A stretch of 64,000 nt of DNA from Sedimentisphaerales bacterium (GCA_963663805.2 CAXXMR010000027.1:79095-143094), one strand, 5' to 3'; shown: positions 18,457-30,114, counted from the stretch's first letter. Notes: a model not told the origin generated them from the letters alone. Program-made: numbers and translations.

Positions 18457-20280
18457 GTGCCTAAGTATTTTGACCAGAATCATATCAATCAGATTCTGCA
18501 GGTCGTGGACATAGTCGAATTGGTGAGCAGTTATGTATCTTTGGCCCGCAGAGGCCGGGAGATGGTCGGGCTTTGTCCGTTCCATGATGACGGCAAGCCT
18601 TCGATGTATGTCAGCCCCACAAAGCAGATATTCAAGTGCTTTGCCTGTGGTACAGGTGGCAACGCGATAACCTTTTTGATGCGTCGTGAGCAGATGTCTT
18701 TTCCGGAGGCGGTTATTCTTCTGGCAGAGAGACACGGTATATCCCTGCCGGAAAAGGAAATTCAGCATGAGGAAGGTCTCGCCGACCGTAACACGCTGGA
18801 GCGTGTCAATCGTTGGGCGGCCCGTTTCTTTCGCAGTCGGCTGGAAGATGAACAGGCAGGCGTCTCGGCGCGTGAGTATATACGCAGTCGCAAAATCAGC
18901 GCAGATTCAGTGCGGCGTTTCGGGCTGGGCCTGGCTTTGACCGATTGGGAAGTTATGGTAAAGGCCGCCACAGACGATGGTGTTGACCTGAATCAGCTGA
19001 GCCAGTTGGGTTTGGTTATCAAACGTGATTCGGGTGGTTTTTATGATAGGTTTCGTGACCGGCTGATTTTTCCGGTGATTGACGCTCTGGGGCGAATAAT
19101 CGCTTTTGGCGGCAGGACGCTGGGCGACGACCCGGCGAAGTACCTCAATAGTCCGGAAAGCGTGCTGTTTGACAAGAGCCGTTCGTTATACGGATTGAAC
19201 TTTGCCAAAGATGCCATCGTAAAGACACGTACAGCGGTAGTGGTTGAAGGTTATACCGACACCATTATGGCTCACCAGTACGAATTGAATAATGTGGTTG
19301 CCACGCTGGGCACGTCTTTGACTTCGGAACATGCTCGTGTGCTTTCGCGGTATGCAGACCGGATAATTCTGGTTTTTGATTCGGACGATGCTGGTCGCAA
19401 GGCGGCTGACCGTGCGATAGAGATATTTTTTGAACAGCAGATAGAGGTTAAAATCGCGACCCTTCCGGAAGGCAGTGACCCCGGTGATTTTCTGCCGGCG
19501 TATGGCCGTGAGGCTTTTGAAGAACATTTGGCTGGCGCGGTGGACGCGTTGGATTATAAATGGCGTAATACTCTGGCGCGGCTGGAGAGCGCTGATACAA
19601 TTAACGGGCGCAAACAGGCGGTGACGGAATTTTTGGGTACTATTTCAGCGGCTTTTGGCCGGGGCACTATGGACGGTATCGCTCGCGGTTTTCTGCTGAA
19701 TCATGTCGCTCAGCTGATTAGCATTCCGACTGACGAAGTGGGCCGAATGGTGCGGGGCCTGGACCGTCGCGGCGGTCGCCCCAACGCGGGCAAAACCCAG
19801 CCGGTATTACGGCAGGGCAGTGGTCGAATCCTGAACGGCAGGTCGCGGGCTCATCGTGAGATTCTGGAAGTGCTGTTGAATCAGCCCCAGTTTTTTCCGG
19901 CCGTGGCGGAAGTTATCCCTGACCCGACCGAGGAGATTAGTGAGCCGGTCCTTTTGGGCGCGGCAGATATAATTTGGAATTTTTATCGGGAGAACCCCGA
20001 AGGTAATTTGGCCCAGCTTTTGGCCCGCTGCCAGAGCCCGGAGATGGCCGTGGTCATAACCGATTTAGCGGCCGCGGGCGAAGAACGGGAGAATTATATA
20101 AATACGCTGAATGGCGCATTGGAAAATATTAAGAGGCTTCGTGAGGAAAACACTCGCCAGGCGATAAAGCAGATGGCGGTAGGCGAGGCCCAGCAGTTTG
20201 GCCCGGAGGCTCAAGCGGCAATGTTGCGGGACTACCAATCGCAATTCCGGCCCGACCCACGCCGGATCGGGGTACGTTGA
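18457..20280 (+). CDS. dnaG: DNA primase
   Basis: CPFH...CFAC zinc finger, KYLNSPE, VEGYTD, FDSDDAG Toprim motifs. Confidence 0.97.
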   Translation: MPKYFDQNHINQILQVVDIVELVSSYVSLARRGREMVGLCPFHDDGKPSMYVSPTKQIFKCFACGTGGNAITFLMRREQMSFPEAVILLAERHGISLPEKEIQHEEGLADRNTLERVNRWAARFFRSRLEDEQAGVSAREYIRSRKISADSVRRFGLGLALTDWEVMVKAATDDGVDLNQLSQLGLVIKRDSGGFYDRFRDRLIFPVIDALGRIIAFGGRTLGDDPAKYLNSPESVLFDKSRSLYGLNFAKDAIVKTRTAVVVEGYTDTIMAHQYELNNVVATLGTSLTSEHARVLSRYADRIILVFDSDDAGRKAADRAIEIFFEQQIEVKIATLPEGSDPGDFLPAYGREAFEEHLAGAVDALDYKWRNTLARLESADTINGRKQAVTEFLGTISAAFGRGTMDGIARGFLLNHVAQLISIPTDEVGRMVRGLDRRGGRPNAGKTQPVLRQGSGRILNGRSRAHREILEVLLNQPQFFPAVAEVIPDPTEEISEPVLLGAADIIWNFYRENPEGNLAQLLARCQSPEMAVVITDLAAAGEERENYINTLNGALENIKRLREENTRQAIKQMAVGEAQQFGPEAQAAMLRDYQSQFRPDPRRIGVR

Positions 20281-20322
20281 ATTGACGTTGTAATTATATT
20301 CGTTATTTAGACATACTAAACC

Positions 20323-22128
20323 ATGTTGACAGGGAGTCAAAACTTGACGGCAGAAACCAAAATACCCAATGATAATAATGAAGTAGTGGCCCAGCAGGCT
20401 CCGGCCCAAGACTCTATCGCCGAGAAGCTCGCGAAAAATCAGGTGCTCGATGAAAATCTTCGGGCTCTGATTCAAAAATCAAAAGACCGTGGTTTCCTTA
20501 CCTATGAGGAAATGAACGAAAAACTTCCTGATGATAATATTTCCCCGGAGCGGCTGGACAGTCTGTTGATGACTCTGGACGACCTGGGTATCGAACTGAT
20601 TGACGAAGCCGACCTGGAGTCTCGTCAGGCATCCAAAGGTGATGATGACGATGATGATATGGATTCCCAGGATGAGCAGTTGGAGAAAGACCTGAGTGTA
20701 TCTGAGCCGGAGCGTCGTACCGATGACCCGGTGCGGATGTATCTGACTCAGATGGGTGAAATTCCGTTGCTCAAGCGTGAAGATGAAATCGCTCTGGCCA
20801 AGAAAATTGAGCTGACTCGCATGGCTTTCCGCCGTAAAGTGCTGGAAAGTGATTTTGCCATGACGCATGTCGTTTCGATTCTGGAGCAGGTGCAGCAGGG
20901 TGCTTTGCCTTTTGATCGTACGATGCGGATTTCGACTCCGGCTGCCAAGGCGACGACCCTGCGTCGCATGCCGGCGAACCTGGAAACGATTCACCGGATA
21001 ATGGATGTCAATCAGCAGTTGTTCCGCCAGATTCATGAAGAAGCGGACCCGGCGTCCCGTAAGGTTCTGGAAAAGCAGCTTCATCGTCGTCGTCGTCATG
21101 TCGCGACTCTGATTGAAGAACTGGCTGTTCGTACCAGCCGTATCCAGCCGGTAATGGGCAAGCTGAGCAATATTTTACGTAAGATGTGCCGTTTGCAGCG
21201 TAATATCGCTGACCCCAAGGCAGAAAGACTTACTGAAGACGACGTGATGGTTGTCCAGGAAGAGCTGGAAGGCTTGATGGGACTGGCGTTGGAAACCCCT
21301 GAGCAGTTGGAAGATCGCTGTCGTTCGATACGTCGTATTTTCGCGGAATACGAATCTGCCAAGCGGAAACTTTCCGGCGGTAATTTGCGTTTGGTGGTTT
21401 CAATTGCTAAAAAATATCGTAATCGGGGCCTGAGTTTTCTGGACATTATTCAGGAAGGCAATACCGGCCTGATGCGGGCGGTTGACAAATATGAATATCG
21501 TCGCGGTTATAAATTCAGTACCTATGCGACCTGGTGGATTCGGCAGGCCATAACTCGTGCCATCGCCGACCATGCCCGGACTATTCGTATCCCGGTACAC
21601 ATGATTGAGACCATGAGCCGCCTGCGGAATATCAGCAAGAAACTTCAGCAGGAATTCGGTTCCGAGCCTTCGATTGAGGAAATCGCCCAGCAGGCCGACA
21701 TGCCCATTAGCGAAGTTCGGCGGGTAATGAAAATCGCCCGTCATCCTATCAGTCTGGATAGGCCGGTAGGCGAGTCGGAGGACAGTTATTTTGGCGATTT
21801 TATCGAAGATGATTCCGCTGAGTCGCCGGTAATGGCTGCTACGCAGGAAATGCTCAAGGATAAAATTGATGCCGTTCTGCGGACACTGACCTATCGTGAG
21901 CGTGAGATTATCAAACTTCGCTACGGTATTGGCGATGGCTATACTTATACTCTGGAAGAAGTTGGTCGGATATTCAAAGTGACCCGCGAGCGTGTTCGTC
22001 AGGTCGAAGCCAAAGCTATTCGTAAGCTTCAGCACCCCGTCCGGGCGCGCAAACTGGAAGGTTTCCTGGACCAGAATCAGGATATTTTGCCCGACTTTGA
22101 GGACAACGAAGAGGATGACGATATCTAG
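20323..22128 (+). CDS. rpoD: Primary sigma factor sigma70
   Basis: [38 protein letters not shown]...TRERVRQ. Confidence 0.97.
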   Translation: MLTGSQNLTAETKIPNDNNEVVAQQAPAQDSIAEKLAKNQVLDENLRALIQKSKDRGFLTYEEMNEKLPDDNISPERLDSLLMTLDDLGIELIDEADLESRQASKGDDDDDDMDSQDEQLEKDLSVSEPERRTDDPVRMYLTQMGEIPLLKREDEIALAKKIELTRMAFRRKVLESDFAMTHVVSILEQVQQGALPFDRTMRISTPAAKATTLRRMPANLETIHRIMDVNQQLFRQIHEEADPASRKVLEKQLHRRRRHVATLIEELAVRTSRIQPVMGKLSNILRKMCRLQRNIADPKAERLTEDDVMVVQEELEGLMGLALETPEQLEDRCRSIRRIFAEYESAKRKLSGGNLRLVVSIAKKYRNRGLSFLDIIQEGNTGLMRAVDKYEYRRGYKFSTYATWWIRQAITRAIADHARTIRIPVHMIETMSRLRNISKKLQQEFGSEPSIEEIAQQADMPISEVRRVMKIARHPISLDRPVGESEDSYFGDFIEDDSAESPVMAATQEMLKDKIDAVLRTLTYREREIIKLRYGIGDGYTYTLEEVGRIFKVTRERVRQVEAKAIRKLQHPVRARKLEGFLDQNQDILPDFEDNEEDDDI

Positions 22129-22178
22129 TTCTGAGTTTTTTGGGGAACGGTGAATTCCCAAAAATATATAGATGACAG

Positions 22179-22215
22179 AAGGCAGGTCGCCCATCTGAGG
22201 CGCCTGCCTTTTTTT
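22179..22215 (+). terminator. Rho-independent terminator
   Basis: aggcaggtcgcc...ggcgcctgcct plus T tract. Confidence 0.75.
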
Positions 22216-22318
22216 ATGTCCCAATACCGTGAACGCTTACCAAAAATGAAGGTTGCACATCGGCCCATCCTCGACTAAAAAGGAGAGGTAGGAAAGAACC
22301 CTGTTAAGGAAGCCCAAA

Positions 22319-24613
22319 ATGAAGAAATTTGCTATTCTAATCTCCCTTTTGTTGACCATGACCGCTGTTGCGGTACATACCGTTTATGTGGAGCACCACA
22401 CCGAAGAAGCCCTCAAGGGCGGCGACCCAAACGGTACACTTATAAACTCCCAGGGTGAAATCAGCCTGGCCTATGATTCGACGATGCTGATGGATGACCC
22501 CTGCGATACCTGGCTGGTGAACGATATGGTGGGTGGGTTGGATGGCGGGGTTTATCTTGCCACCAGTGGCCGGGGTTTTATTTTTAAGGTCAGTGCCAGC
22601 GGCGAGCGGCAGATGATATACGAGCCGGTCGGTGACGGCCCGGTGCATGTTTTCAGTCTGGGCTTCGATGGCCGGGGCCGGCTGCTGGCCGGGGTGACTG
22701 CAGGAAGTGCCAAGCTGCTGAGATTTGAGAATGACGGGGCGGCGGGTGAGGAAATTTTTTGTGATGATATAGTTAATTACATCTGGTCTATTGTTACCGC
22801 ACCGAACGGTAAGGTTTATCTGGCGACAGGGCCGGAAGGTAAAGTGATTTGTCTGGAACCAGATAACGGTGTGCCGGAAGTGGTTTTTAAGGCCCCGGAA
22901 AGTAATCTGTTGTCGTTGGCCTGGTCGCCCGATGGTAAACTCTTTGCCGGCTCTGGTGAGAATGGCTTGATTTATTGTATTGACCCGGCCTCTGGTCAGG
23001 CGGTGGTGGTTTATGATTCCGAACATGCGGAAATAAGTTCGCTGGTATTTGATGAGGCAGGCAATCTTTACGCCGCGACCGCTGATGTCGGCGCGGCTCG
23101 TCCGGGTTTGACGTTGGTACTTTCGGATAATGAATCCGGTCGAAGCCATGAGGCAATTGTCAAACGCGATGACAACAACGGCCAAACCCCGACGCGGCCG
23201 GGTGTGGAAGAAAAAAATGATAGTAACGCGGCAGAGGGGGCGGCTCAGAAAAATAATAATTTGGAAGCGGATACCAAAACTATAACTGCGCCCGGCACGA
23301 CCGAAACTGCTGACAATGGTAGTAAGAAGGAGGATGATTCTTCGGAATCTCGTTCAGCCCTGGCCCGACCGTCGATGGCAGTGCCCGGCCAACGCAGCAG
23401 TGCCAATGATGTTTATCAGATTACCCCGGCGGGTTTTGTCAAGACCTTGTTTAGTCAGCCGGTAGCGATTATGGACATGGCCTGGGCCGGCAACGGTGAA
23501 TTATTGCTGGCTACCGGCAACGAGGGTAAATTGATTTCGCTGGATGTCGATACGCTGGAGGCAATCGAACTTTACAGCACTATGCCCGCACCGCAGATTA
23601 CCAGTGTGGTCATGGGCCCGGAAAGCAGTGTTTTTACGGCGACGGGTAACCCGGCTCGGCTGATTAAGCTGGATACGAGTTTTGCCCCTGAAGGTTATTA
23701 CCAGAGTCCGGCTATTGACGCCAAGCAGGTATCACGCTGGGGGAACCTGATGATTGACGCGGAGATACCAGCCGGTACGAGTATTAAATTCCGCACTCGT
23801 TCGGGTAACACCGCAGAAGCCGAGAAAGGCCCCTGGAACGGATGGACTCAGGCGGAAGTGCTGGCGGATAACAATGCGATAACTTCACCGCCGGCGCGTT
23901 TTCTGCAATATAAATTGGAGTTAGGCTCGGACGGCGTGAAGACCCCGCTGGTCCGCTGCGTTAAACTGGCCTATATCACTCCTAACCTTGCCCCGAAGAT
24001 TAGTAAGCTCAGTGTTGATATACCCAAAGTGGAAAAGCTGTCCGGCAACGGTAAAAAAGCGGCCCCTCAGATGTACTCGGTAAAGTGGGAAGCCGAAGAT
24101 GTCAATCAGGATGAATTAACTTACGAGGTTTATGTTAGGCCCGCACAGGCTCAGTGTTGGATTAAAATCGCTAAAGAACTCAAGACCCCGAAATATGATT
24201 TCGATGGCATGACTCTGGCCGACGGCTATTATGAGATTAAAGTAATTGCCAGTGATGCGGCGGATAACACTGGGGCCGCGACACTGACGGACGCGCGGGT
24301 GACCGGTCCGGTTCTGATAGACAATACCCCACCGGAAATCGCCAAGCTCGAGTATGATGTCGATGAGCTTAATTGCCGGATACGGGCACAGGCTAAGGAT
24401 GGACTAAGCACACTGGCGGGCCTGAGCTATACGGTTAATTCCGTTGAGGAATATAAGTTTGCTTTACCGGCAGACGAAATTTTCGATGCACAGGAAGAAA
24501 AATTCGATTTCAGCTTTGAACTGCCCGAAGCGGGTAGCTATCTGGTAACACTGATTTTCTCCGATTCATGCGGCAATAAGGTGTATCATAATTTAGTGAT
24601 AACCGCCGAATAA
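22319..24613 (+). CDS. Secreted beta-propeller (WD40-like) protein with C-terminal FN3/Ig-like domains
   Basis: Signal peptide; repeated GxxYLATGxxG blades; low-complexity linker; DNTPPEI. Confidence 0.75.
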   Translation: MKKFAILISLLLTMTAVAVHTVYVEHHTEEALKGGDPNGTLINSQGEISLAYDSTMLMDDPCDTWLVNDMVGGLDGGVYLATSGRGFIFKVSASGERQMIYEPVGDGPVHVFSLGFDGRGRLLAGVTAGSAKLLRFENDGAAGEEIFCDDIVNYIWSIVTAPNGKVYLATGPEGKVICLEPDNGVPEVVFKAPESNLLSLAWSPDGKLFAGSGENGLIYCIDPASGQAVVVYDSEHAEISSLVFDEAGNLYAATADVGAARPGLTLVLSDNESGRSHEAIVKRDDNNGQTPTRPGVEEKNDSNAAEGAAQKNNNLEADTKTITAPGTTETADNGSKKEDDSSESRSALARPSMAVPGQRSSANDVYQITPAGFVKTLFSQPVAIMDMAWAGNGELLLATGNEGKLISLDVDTLEAIELYSTMPAPQITSVVMGPESSVFTATGNPARLIKLDTSFAPEGYYQSPAIDAKQVSRWGNLMIDAEIPAGTSIKFRTRSGNTAEAEKGPWNGWTQAEVLADNNAITSPPARFLQYKLELGSDGVKTPLVRCVKLAYITPNLAPKISKLSVDIPKVEKLSGNGKKAAPQMYSVKWEAEDVNQDELTYEVYVRPAQAQCWIKIAKELKTPKYDFDGMTLADGYYEIKVIASDAADNTGAATLTDARVTGPVLIDNTPPEIAKLEYDVDELNCRIRAQAKDGLSTLAGLSYTVNSVEEYKFALPADEIFDAQEEKFDFSFELPEAGSYLVTLIFSDSCGNKVYHNLVITAE

Positions 24614-24660
24614 AAAAACAGGGCCGCGAATGCCATTTGGTTCGCGGCCCTGTCATTTTT
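24612..24660. terminator. Bidirectional terminator
   Basis: A tract, then acagggccgcgaa...ttcgcggccctgt, then T tract, between convergent genes. Confidence 0.8.
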
Positions 24661-24678
24661 GTTTGTCAAACAGAGTGG

Positions 24679-26187
24679 TTACGGTTTGGGTTTCTCGATT
24701 TTTTTATCCATCATGTCCTTCAGGATAGTACCCATCAGGGCGTTGGACATTTGGTTTTCGCCACCGCTGGCGGAAAAGACCTGCGGGGTAATCTGGATGT
24801 TGTTTTCAGCGACGATTTTCATGATTTCGATTAACGCGGCATTGCTTTCACCGATAACGCCGGCGACGAGTTTGAATGCCTCAGCCTGAGCTTCGGCGGT
24901 GATTGTCACGCGTTCGGCTTCGGCTTCGGCGCTAATTTTAATCTGCTGACGTTTCTCTTCCGCGATTTTCACTTCATACGCCGCTGTTGCCAGTCGCATT
25001 TCTTCTTCGGCTTCCTGGACGGTGCGTTTCAGGGCTTTTTCCTGCTCAGCCGCCCGCTGCTGTTCCTGAAAAGTTTCTTGTTCCTGAACAGCGATTTCGC
25101 GGTCCGTCTGGGTTTTGAGCAGGTTACCCAGAGATTCTTCATCTCCGACATCACCAATCAGTACCGCCAGGATGGTCACCCCATATTTGGCCATATCTTC
25201 ACTGAGCATAACCGCGGATTGTTCTTCCTGGACAGACCGATTCTGGACATATTCCAAAGCCTTAACTTTTTCAGCATTATTACGGAAGATAGCTCGCACA
25301 TTTGGGGTTACCAGCTTGCTGAGTACCATATCATCGTCCCCGACACTGGCCACGACCTTTGGGGCATCCTGGGCCTTGACTACATAAGTAATACGCACAT
25401 CGACAGGGAAGGTAAAACCATCTTTACTGCGGACGGTGATAGGCCTCATGAATTTTATTTTACTTTCACCTGATTCATCTTCGGCGGTATAGCTGACTTT
25501 CTGCTGGCGAACGCTGATGGGGGTTACTTCATAAGCTTCAGGATGCAGATAGTATTGTCCTTCGTTAAAAGGGGCATCCCAGATGCCGCGGTTGCCCTGG
25601 GGTACAAGACGGTTCTCGGTATTCATGGCCTGCCCAACATTACTCTTAATAACCGCTACCGTGCCGATTGCGACATTGGTCAGTTTTTCGGTTTTGACGG
25701 TAAAAAGTTTGGTATTGAGTCGATATTTACCGGGCTTTAGTACCGTAAGCTGCGGTCCCTTAAAGCCCTTGCCTTCGGTAAGAAAGTAGGCGGCATCTAT
25801 CATTTTATCGGGCTTATCCCATTCTGTCGCGTAAATCGTTCCCTCAGGTAGACTTATGCCGTCTGAGGTTTGTACCACGCCCAGACTGCCCTGGGGTACC
25901 TGGACAACGGAAACTTTTTCAATATCGTACTGCCAGGGCCAATAAAAGAAATGCCAGCCCGGTTCCAGGGTCTGGGCCTGAAAACCATTTTCGCCGCTGA
26001 CCGCTAAGATTCGCCCGGCCGGGAGCTTGCCGCCGCCGAATTTCTTTTCCACCAGGCCGACCTCGTCACCGCCGATATTTACCACTGAGACGTACAGGGC
26101 GATAACGATAACAACAAAAATTACGGCCACCAGCCCCAAAATCGAGGCTAACTTACTGTTTATAGGTGCATTATAACGAGCTTCCAT
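24679..26187 (-). CDS. SPFH/band 7 (flotillin-like) membrane protein
   Basis: N-terminal TM segment, VRSKDGFTFPVDV, AE-rich coiled coil. Confidence 0.85.
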   Translation of the reverse strand: MEARYNAPINSKLASILGLVAVIFVVIVIALYVSVVNIGGDEVGLVEKKFGGGKLPAGRILAVSGENGFQAQTLEPGWHFFYWPWQYDIEKVSVVQVPQGSLGVVQTSDGISLPEGTIYATEWDKPDKMIDAAYFLTEGKGFKGPQLTVLKPGKYRLNTKLFTVKTEKLTNVAIGTVAVIKSNVGQAMNTENRLVPQGNRGIWDAPFNEGQYYLHPEAYEVTPISVRQQKVSYTAEDESGESKIKFMRPITVRSKDGFTFPVDVRITYVVKAQDAPKVVASVGDDDMVLSKLVTPNVRAIFRNNAEKVKALEYVQNRSVQEEQSAVMLSEDMAKYGVTILAVLIGDVGDEESLGNLLKTQTDREIAVQEQETFQEQQRAAEQEKALKRTVQEAEEEMRLATAAYEVKIAEEKRQQIKISAEAEAERVTITAEAQAEAFKLVAGVIGESNAALIEIMKIVAENNIQITPQVFSASGGENQMSNALMGTILKDMMDKKIEKPKP

Positions 26188-26626
26188 AGGACTTCCTTTC
26201 AAAGTGTAAACCGGTTCTAATATCCTTTAGTCTTTTTACGATGAGTTTTATTACTCGAGTTTCCCTAATGAACAAAAGTCATTGTCAACTACACCCGCGG
26301 TAGTGTCAAGTTGTTTCTGTAGTGGCTGTTAGGATTATGATGGTCCCATAACCGTTTGGTCGGCCCATAATATAGATGTGATTTTGTCAATAAAAGGGGC
26401 AAAAGGTCAAAATGGCCGGTTACTCCTTAATTAGGCAAATATTGGCAGGAGAAATGACGATAAGATTTTTGCCTGCTATGAGTTTATGTTATGGGAAAAA
26501 GCGGGTTGAATTTTCCCGAGCCGTGCCCAAAACGGTGGTTGGGAACAGGAAACCCGGATTTGATAACATGACTTTATTATATGTGATTTGCCGCGGGTAT
26601 GATATGAAGGGCCGTGCGAGTGGTAT

Positions 26627-26642
26627 TGGCATGGTTCTTGCT
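26627..26642 (+). promoter_or_regulatory. sigma54 -24/-12 promoter upstream of clpC
   Basis: TGGCATGGTTCTTGCT; GG-N10-GC spacing; 70 bp before the ATG. Confidence 0.6.
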
Positions 26643-26711
26643 TGAATAGATGTAAAGTAAGACATACAATCAATTGTTGTAACTGAAGTTTTCACCAAAG
26701 CGGAGAGAACC

Positions 26712-29237
26712 ATGTTTGAAAGATTTACAGATCGGGCTCGTAAGGTAATGGCTCTGGCTAATCAAGAGGCTCAGCGTTTTAACCACGAGTATATTGGAAC
26801 CGAGCATATTTTGCTGGGTCTGGTCAAGGAAGGCAGCGGGGTCGGTGCCAATGTTTTGAAGAACCTGGATGTGGATTTGCGCAAGGTCCGCCTTGAGGTC
26901 GAGAAACTTGTTAAGAGTGGTCCCGATATGGTCACGATGGGTAAACTCCCTCAGACCCCGCGGGCCAAAAAGGTTATCGAATATGCTATCGAAGAAGCCC
27001 GTTCGCTTAATCATAACTATGTTGGCACGGAACACCTCCTGCTGGGGCTGCTGCGTGAAAACGATGGCGTGGCTGCTCAGGTTCTGATGAATCTGGGACT
27101 CAAGCTCGAGGATGTCCGTGAGGAAGTATTGAATCTTCTCGGTGCCGGTATGGATACTGAAAGCATGGGCAGCTCTCCCATGTCCGCTTCACGAGGTGCC
27201 GAACGTACTGCCAAGGGCGGCAAGAGCAAGACGCCGGCGCTGGACAGTTTCGGCCGCGATTTGACCGAGCTTGCGATTCAGGGTCAGTTGGACCCGGTCA
27301 TCGGTCGCAGCAAGGAAATCGAACGTGTAATTCAAATTCTTTGCCGTCGTACCAAGAATAATCCGGTTCTGCTCGGTGAGGCCGGTGTTGGTAAGACCGC
27401 TATTGTCGAAGGGTTAGCTCAGAATATCATCAATCATGAGGTGCCTGAGCTTTTGGCGGGTAAACGTCTGGTCGTGCTGGACCTGGCGATGATGGTGGCC
27501 GGTACGAAATATCGCGGTCAGTTTGAGGAACGCATCAAGGCGGTTATGAACGAAGTTCGCCGGGCCAAGAACGTGATGCTCTTTATCGATGAGCTGCATA
27601 CGCTGGTTGGTGCCGGTGGTGCCGAAGGTGCTATCGACGCTTCCAATGTTCTCAAGCCCGCTCTTAGCCGCGGTGAGATTCAGTGTATTGGTGCGACAAC
27701 TCTGGATGAGTATCGCAAATATATCGAAAAGGACAGTGCCCTGGAACGGCGGTTTCAGACCATTATTGTTGAGCCGCCGAACAAACAGGAAACCATTGAG
27801 ATTCTCAAAGGGCTGCGTGACCGTTACGAAGCTCATCATCGTGTCCGTATCGAGGATGAGGCTTTGGTTCAGGCCGTCGAGCTGGCTGGTCGTTATATTA
27901 CCGGCAGATGTATGCCTGATAAAGCCATCGACGTTATCGATGAAGCCGGGGCGAGGGTACGATTGAAAACCATGACCAAGCCGCCGGATTTGACCGAGCT
28001 GGAAAAAGAAATCGAACGCTTGCAGTCCGAAAAGGATGAAGCGGTCAAAAACGCTGACTATGAGCGAGCCGCAGACCTGCGTGATGAAGCCACCAAGATG
28101 CTGGAAAAGAAAACCGCTATGCAGCATGAATGGCGGGATACTAATAATGAAATCGACGGCGTGGTTGACGAGGAAGTCATCGCTGAGGTAGTTAGCAATA
28201 TTACCGGTGTGCCTCTGACCAGACTGGAAAAAGAAGAAGCCGCACGGTTGCTCGAACTCGAAAACGAACTGCATAAACGCGTGGTCAGTCAGGACGAAGC
28301 CATCAACGCGGTATCCAAAACCGTACGACGTAGCCGCAGTGGCCTGAAAGACCCCAATCGTCCTATGGGCAGCTTTATTTTCGTCGGTCCTTCCGGCGTT
28401 GGTAAGACCCTGTTGGCGCGGGCCCTGGCTGAATTTATGTTCGGCAATGAAGACGCTCTGATTCAGATGGACATGAGCGAATATATGGAGAAACACAATG
28501 TTTCTCGTTTGATTGGTGCCCCTCCCGGATATGTCGGTTACGAAGAGGGCGGCCAGTTGACCGAACGCATTCGTCGTCGTCCTTATTCGGTGGTGCTGCT
28601 GGACGAAATCGAGAAGGCTCATTCGGATGTTTACAATATGCTGCTCCAGATTATGGAAGAAGGACGTTTGACCGACAGTTTCGGCCGGCATGTGGACTTC
28701 CGTAATGTGGTTCTGATTATGACCAGTAATATCGGCGCGGACCTGATTAAGAACCAGTCTGGGTTTGGGTTCGGCAAACGCACCGAAGAAAGCAATTACG
28801 ATAAGATGAAAGACCGGATTCTCAAGGAAGTCGAACGTTACTTCCGACCGGAATTTCTTAATCGTCTCGATGATGTAATTATGTTCCGCTCGCTTACTCG
28901 TGAGCATCTGGAAATTATCGTTAATTATGAACTCAAGAAAGTCTTTGGACGAGTTAGCGAAAAGGGCTTCGAACTGGAAGTTGCCGAAGCTGCCAAGGAA
29001 TTCCTTATCGACAAAGGCTACAATCCCGAATTCGGGGCCCGACCGCTGCGTCGTGCTATCGAACGATATGTCGAAGACCCGCTTAGCGAAGATATTCTCC
29101 GCGGTAATCTCAAGGGCAAAAATCTTGTCAAGGTTACTGTCAAGGATGAACATCTGCACTTTGAAGGGCTTGAAGTTCCCGTGGATGAGCAGAACAACGA
29201 AAACGAAGAACCTGCCGAGGTTTCGCAGGGAACCTGA
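26712..29237 (+). CDS. clpC: ATP-dependent Clp protease ATPase subunit ClpC
   Basis: [12 protein letters not shown], two Clp_N repeats, [11 protein letters not shown] motif, GPSGVGKT. Confidence 0.97.
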   Translation: MFERFTDRARKVMALANQEAQRFNHEYIGTEHILLGLVKEGSGVGANVLKNLDVDLRKVRLEVEKLVKSGPDMVTMGKLPQTPRAKKVIEYAIEEARSLNHNYVGTEHLLLGLLRENDGVAAQVLMNLGLKLEDVREEVLNLLGAGMDTESMGSSPMSASRGAERTAKGGKSKTPALDSFGRDLTELAIQGQLDPVIGRSKEIERVIQILCRRTKNNPVLLGEAGVGKTAIVEGLAQNIINHEVPELLAGKRLVVLDLAMMVAGTKYRGQFEERIKAVMNEVRRAKNVMLFIDELHTLVGAGGAEGAIDASNVLKPALSRGEIQCIGATTLDEYRKYIEKDSALERRFQTIIVEPPNKQETIEILKGLRDRYEAHHRVRIEDEALVQAVELAGRYITGRCMPDKAIDVIDEAGARVRLKTMTKPPDLTELEKEIERLQSEKDEAVKNADYERAADLRDEATKMLEKKTAMQHEWRDTNNEIDGVVDEEVIAEVVSNITGVPLTRLEKEEAARLLELENELHKRVVSQDEAINAVSKTVRRSRSGLKDPNRPMGSFIFVGPSGVGKTLLARALAEFMFGNEDALIQMDMSEYMEKHNVSRLIGAPPGYVGYEEGGQLTERIRRRPYSVVLLDEIEKAHSDVYNMLLQIMEEGRLTDSFGRHVDFRNVVLIMTSNIGADLIKNQSGFGFGKRTEESNYDKMKDRILKEVERYFRPEFLNRLDDVIMFRSLTREHLEIIVNYELKKVFGRVSEKGFELEVAEAAKEFLIDKGYNPEFGARPLRRAIERYVEDPLSEDILRGNLKGKNLVKVTVKDEHLHFEGLEVPVDEQNNENEEPAEVSQGT

Positions 29238-29269
29238 TACTGTCCGACCGCTGAATTTTGACTTTTTTG

Positions 29270-29299
29270 AGCGTCCGTTTAACTGCGGGCGCTTTTTTT
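29270..29299 (+). terminator. Rho-independent terminator
   Basis: agcgtccg...cgggcgct plus T tract. Confidence 0.7.
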
Positions 29300-29688
29300 A
29301 TGGTCCGATACCGGGCGGTATATTCGTTATGATTGTTACAGGTGATACGACCGTTATAACCGGCGGGGGGACTGGAATAAAAATGGCAAGTTTATTTGCC
29401 CGAAGCGGATTTGAATTTTACTATAGAGGTGAAATCAACGTAACTGATTTCGCCCTGAAAACTCTCGGAAGAATTGGGGTATAAAATATTATAGTTTTTT
29501 GGAGAGTTTTTATGGAAGAGAAAGATATGCTTTACTAGTTTCCGGATAAGTTCGGAAGCTGTCGTTGTTTGGGTTGGCTTAAAGCAATGATTTATATCTG
29601 TTTTGGTCGATTTGTGATAGCGACGTTTATTTTGCAGACCTCAAACTGAAAGCAATTATCCAACAAGATTAAATTCTGCCCTGGATCG

Positions 29689-29735
29689 GGGCTCCGGCCT
29701 GACTGCCTCCTACAGACCGGAGCCCTACTTTTTTT
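29689..29735 (+). terminator. Orphan terminator-like hairpin
   Basis: gggctccgg...ccggagccc plus T7; loop contains CCTCCT. Confidence 0.6.
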
Positions 29736-29754
29736 AAAGTGGGGATGGGGAAAT

Positions 29755-30114
29755 TTACACTGATAAATCAATGTGCGGCGGTTCGTCGTCTGAATCACTG
29801 GGGGTGATATTTTTTGGCGCGGGGATTTCCTGTTCAAGTGTTTCTTCTTGTGATTTTTCGGAAGGGGTGTGTTCATAAGAATCCAGCGGTTCGTGCTGAG
29901 ATTCCCGGTCCTGGTCGCCTTCCTTGTGGACGCGGAGCTGCTCTGCCTGGTCGGTGTTTTCTACCTCGTGGGTTTGCTGGTCCGCCAGCCGGGCGAGTTC
30001 TCTGGAGTCGGAAACACGCTTATTTCTTTTAGCGTCCTGATCGCGCGCGGTCTCCTTGGCGGCTATTTGAGCCTGGACAATCGAGCCAAGTATGTTGGGT
30101 GGAATACTGCTCAT
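29755..30114 (-). CDS. Hypothetical hydrophilic protein
   Basis: RBS GAGG; 119 aa; acidic; ends PHIDLSV. Confidence 0.65.
   Translation of the reverse strand: MSSIPPNILGSIVQAQIAAKETARDQDAKRNKRVSDSRELARLADQQTHEVENTDQAEQLRVHKEGDQDRESQHEPLDSYEHTPSEKSQEETLEQEIPAPKNITPSDSDDEPPHIDLSV

Noticed and set aside
26385..26412. CtsR-like GTCAA repeats upstream of clpC
   Set aside because: Spacing does not match the heptad direct repeat, and no ctsR is in the window
27414..29159. Long antisense ORFs (581 aa opposite clpC, 399 aa opposite the secretin, and others)
   Set aside because: Shadows of well-conserved genes caused by codon bias; no motifs or RBS
29640..29735. c-di-GMP-I riboswitch
   Set aside because: Only a gctccggcctga resemblance; P1, the GNRA hairpin and GCAAA elements are missing, and there is no downstream plus-strand gene
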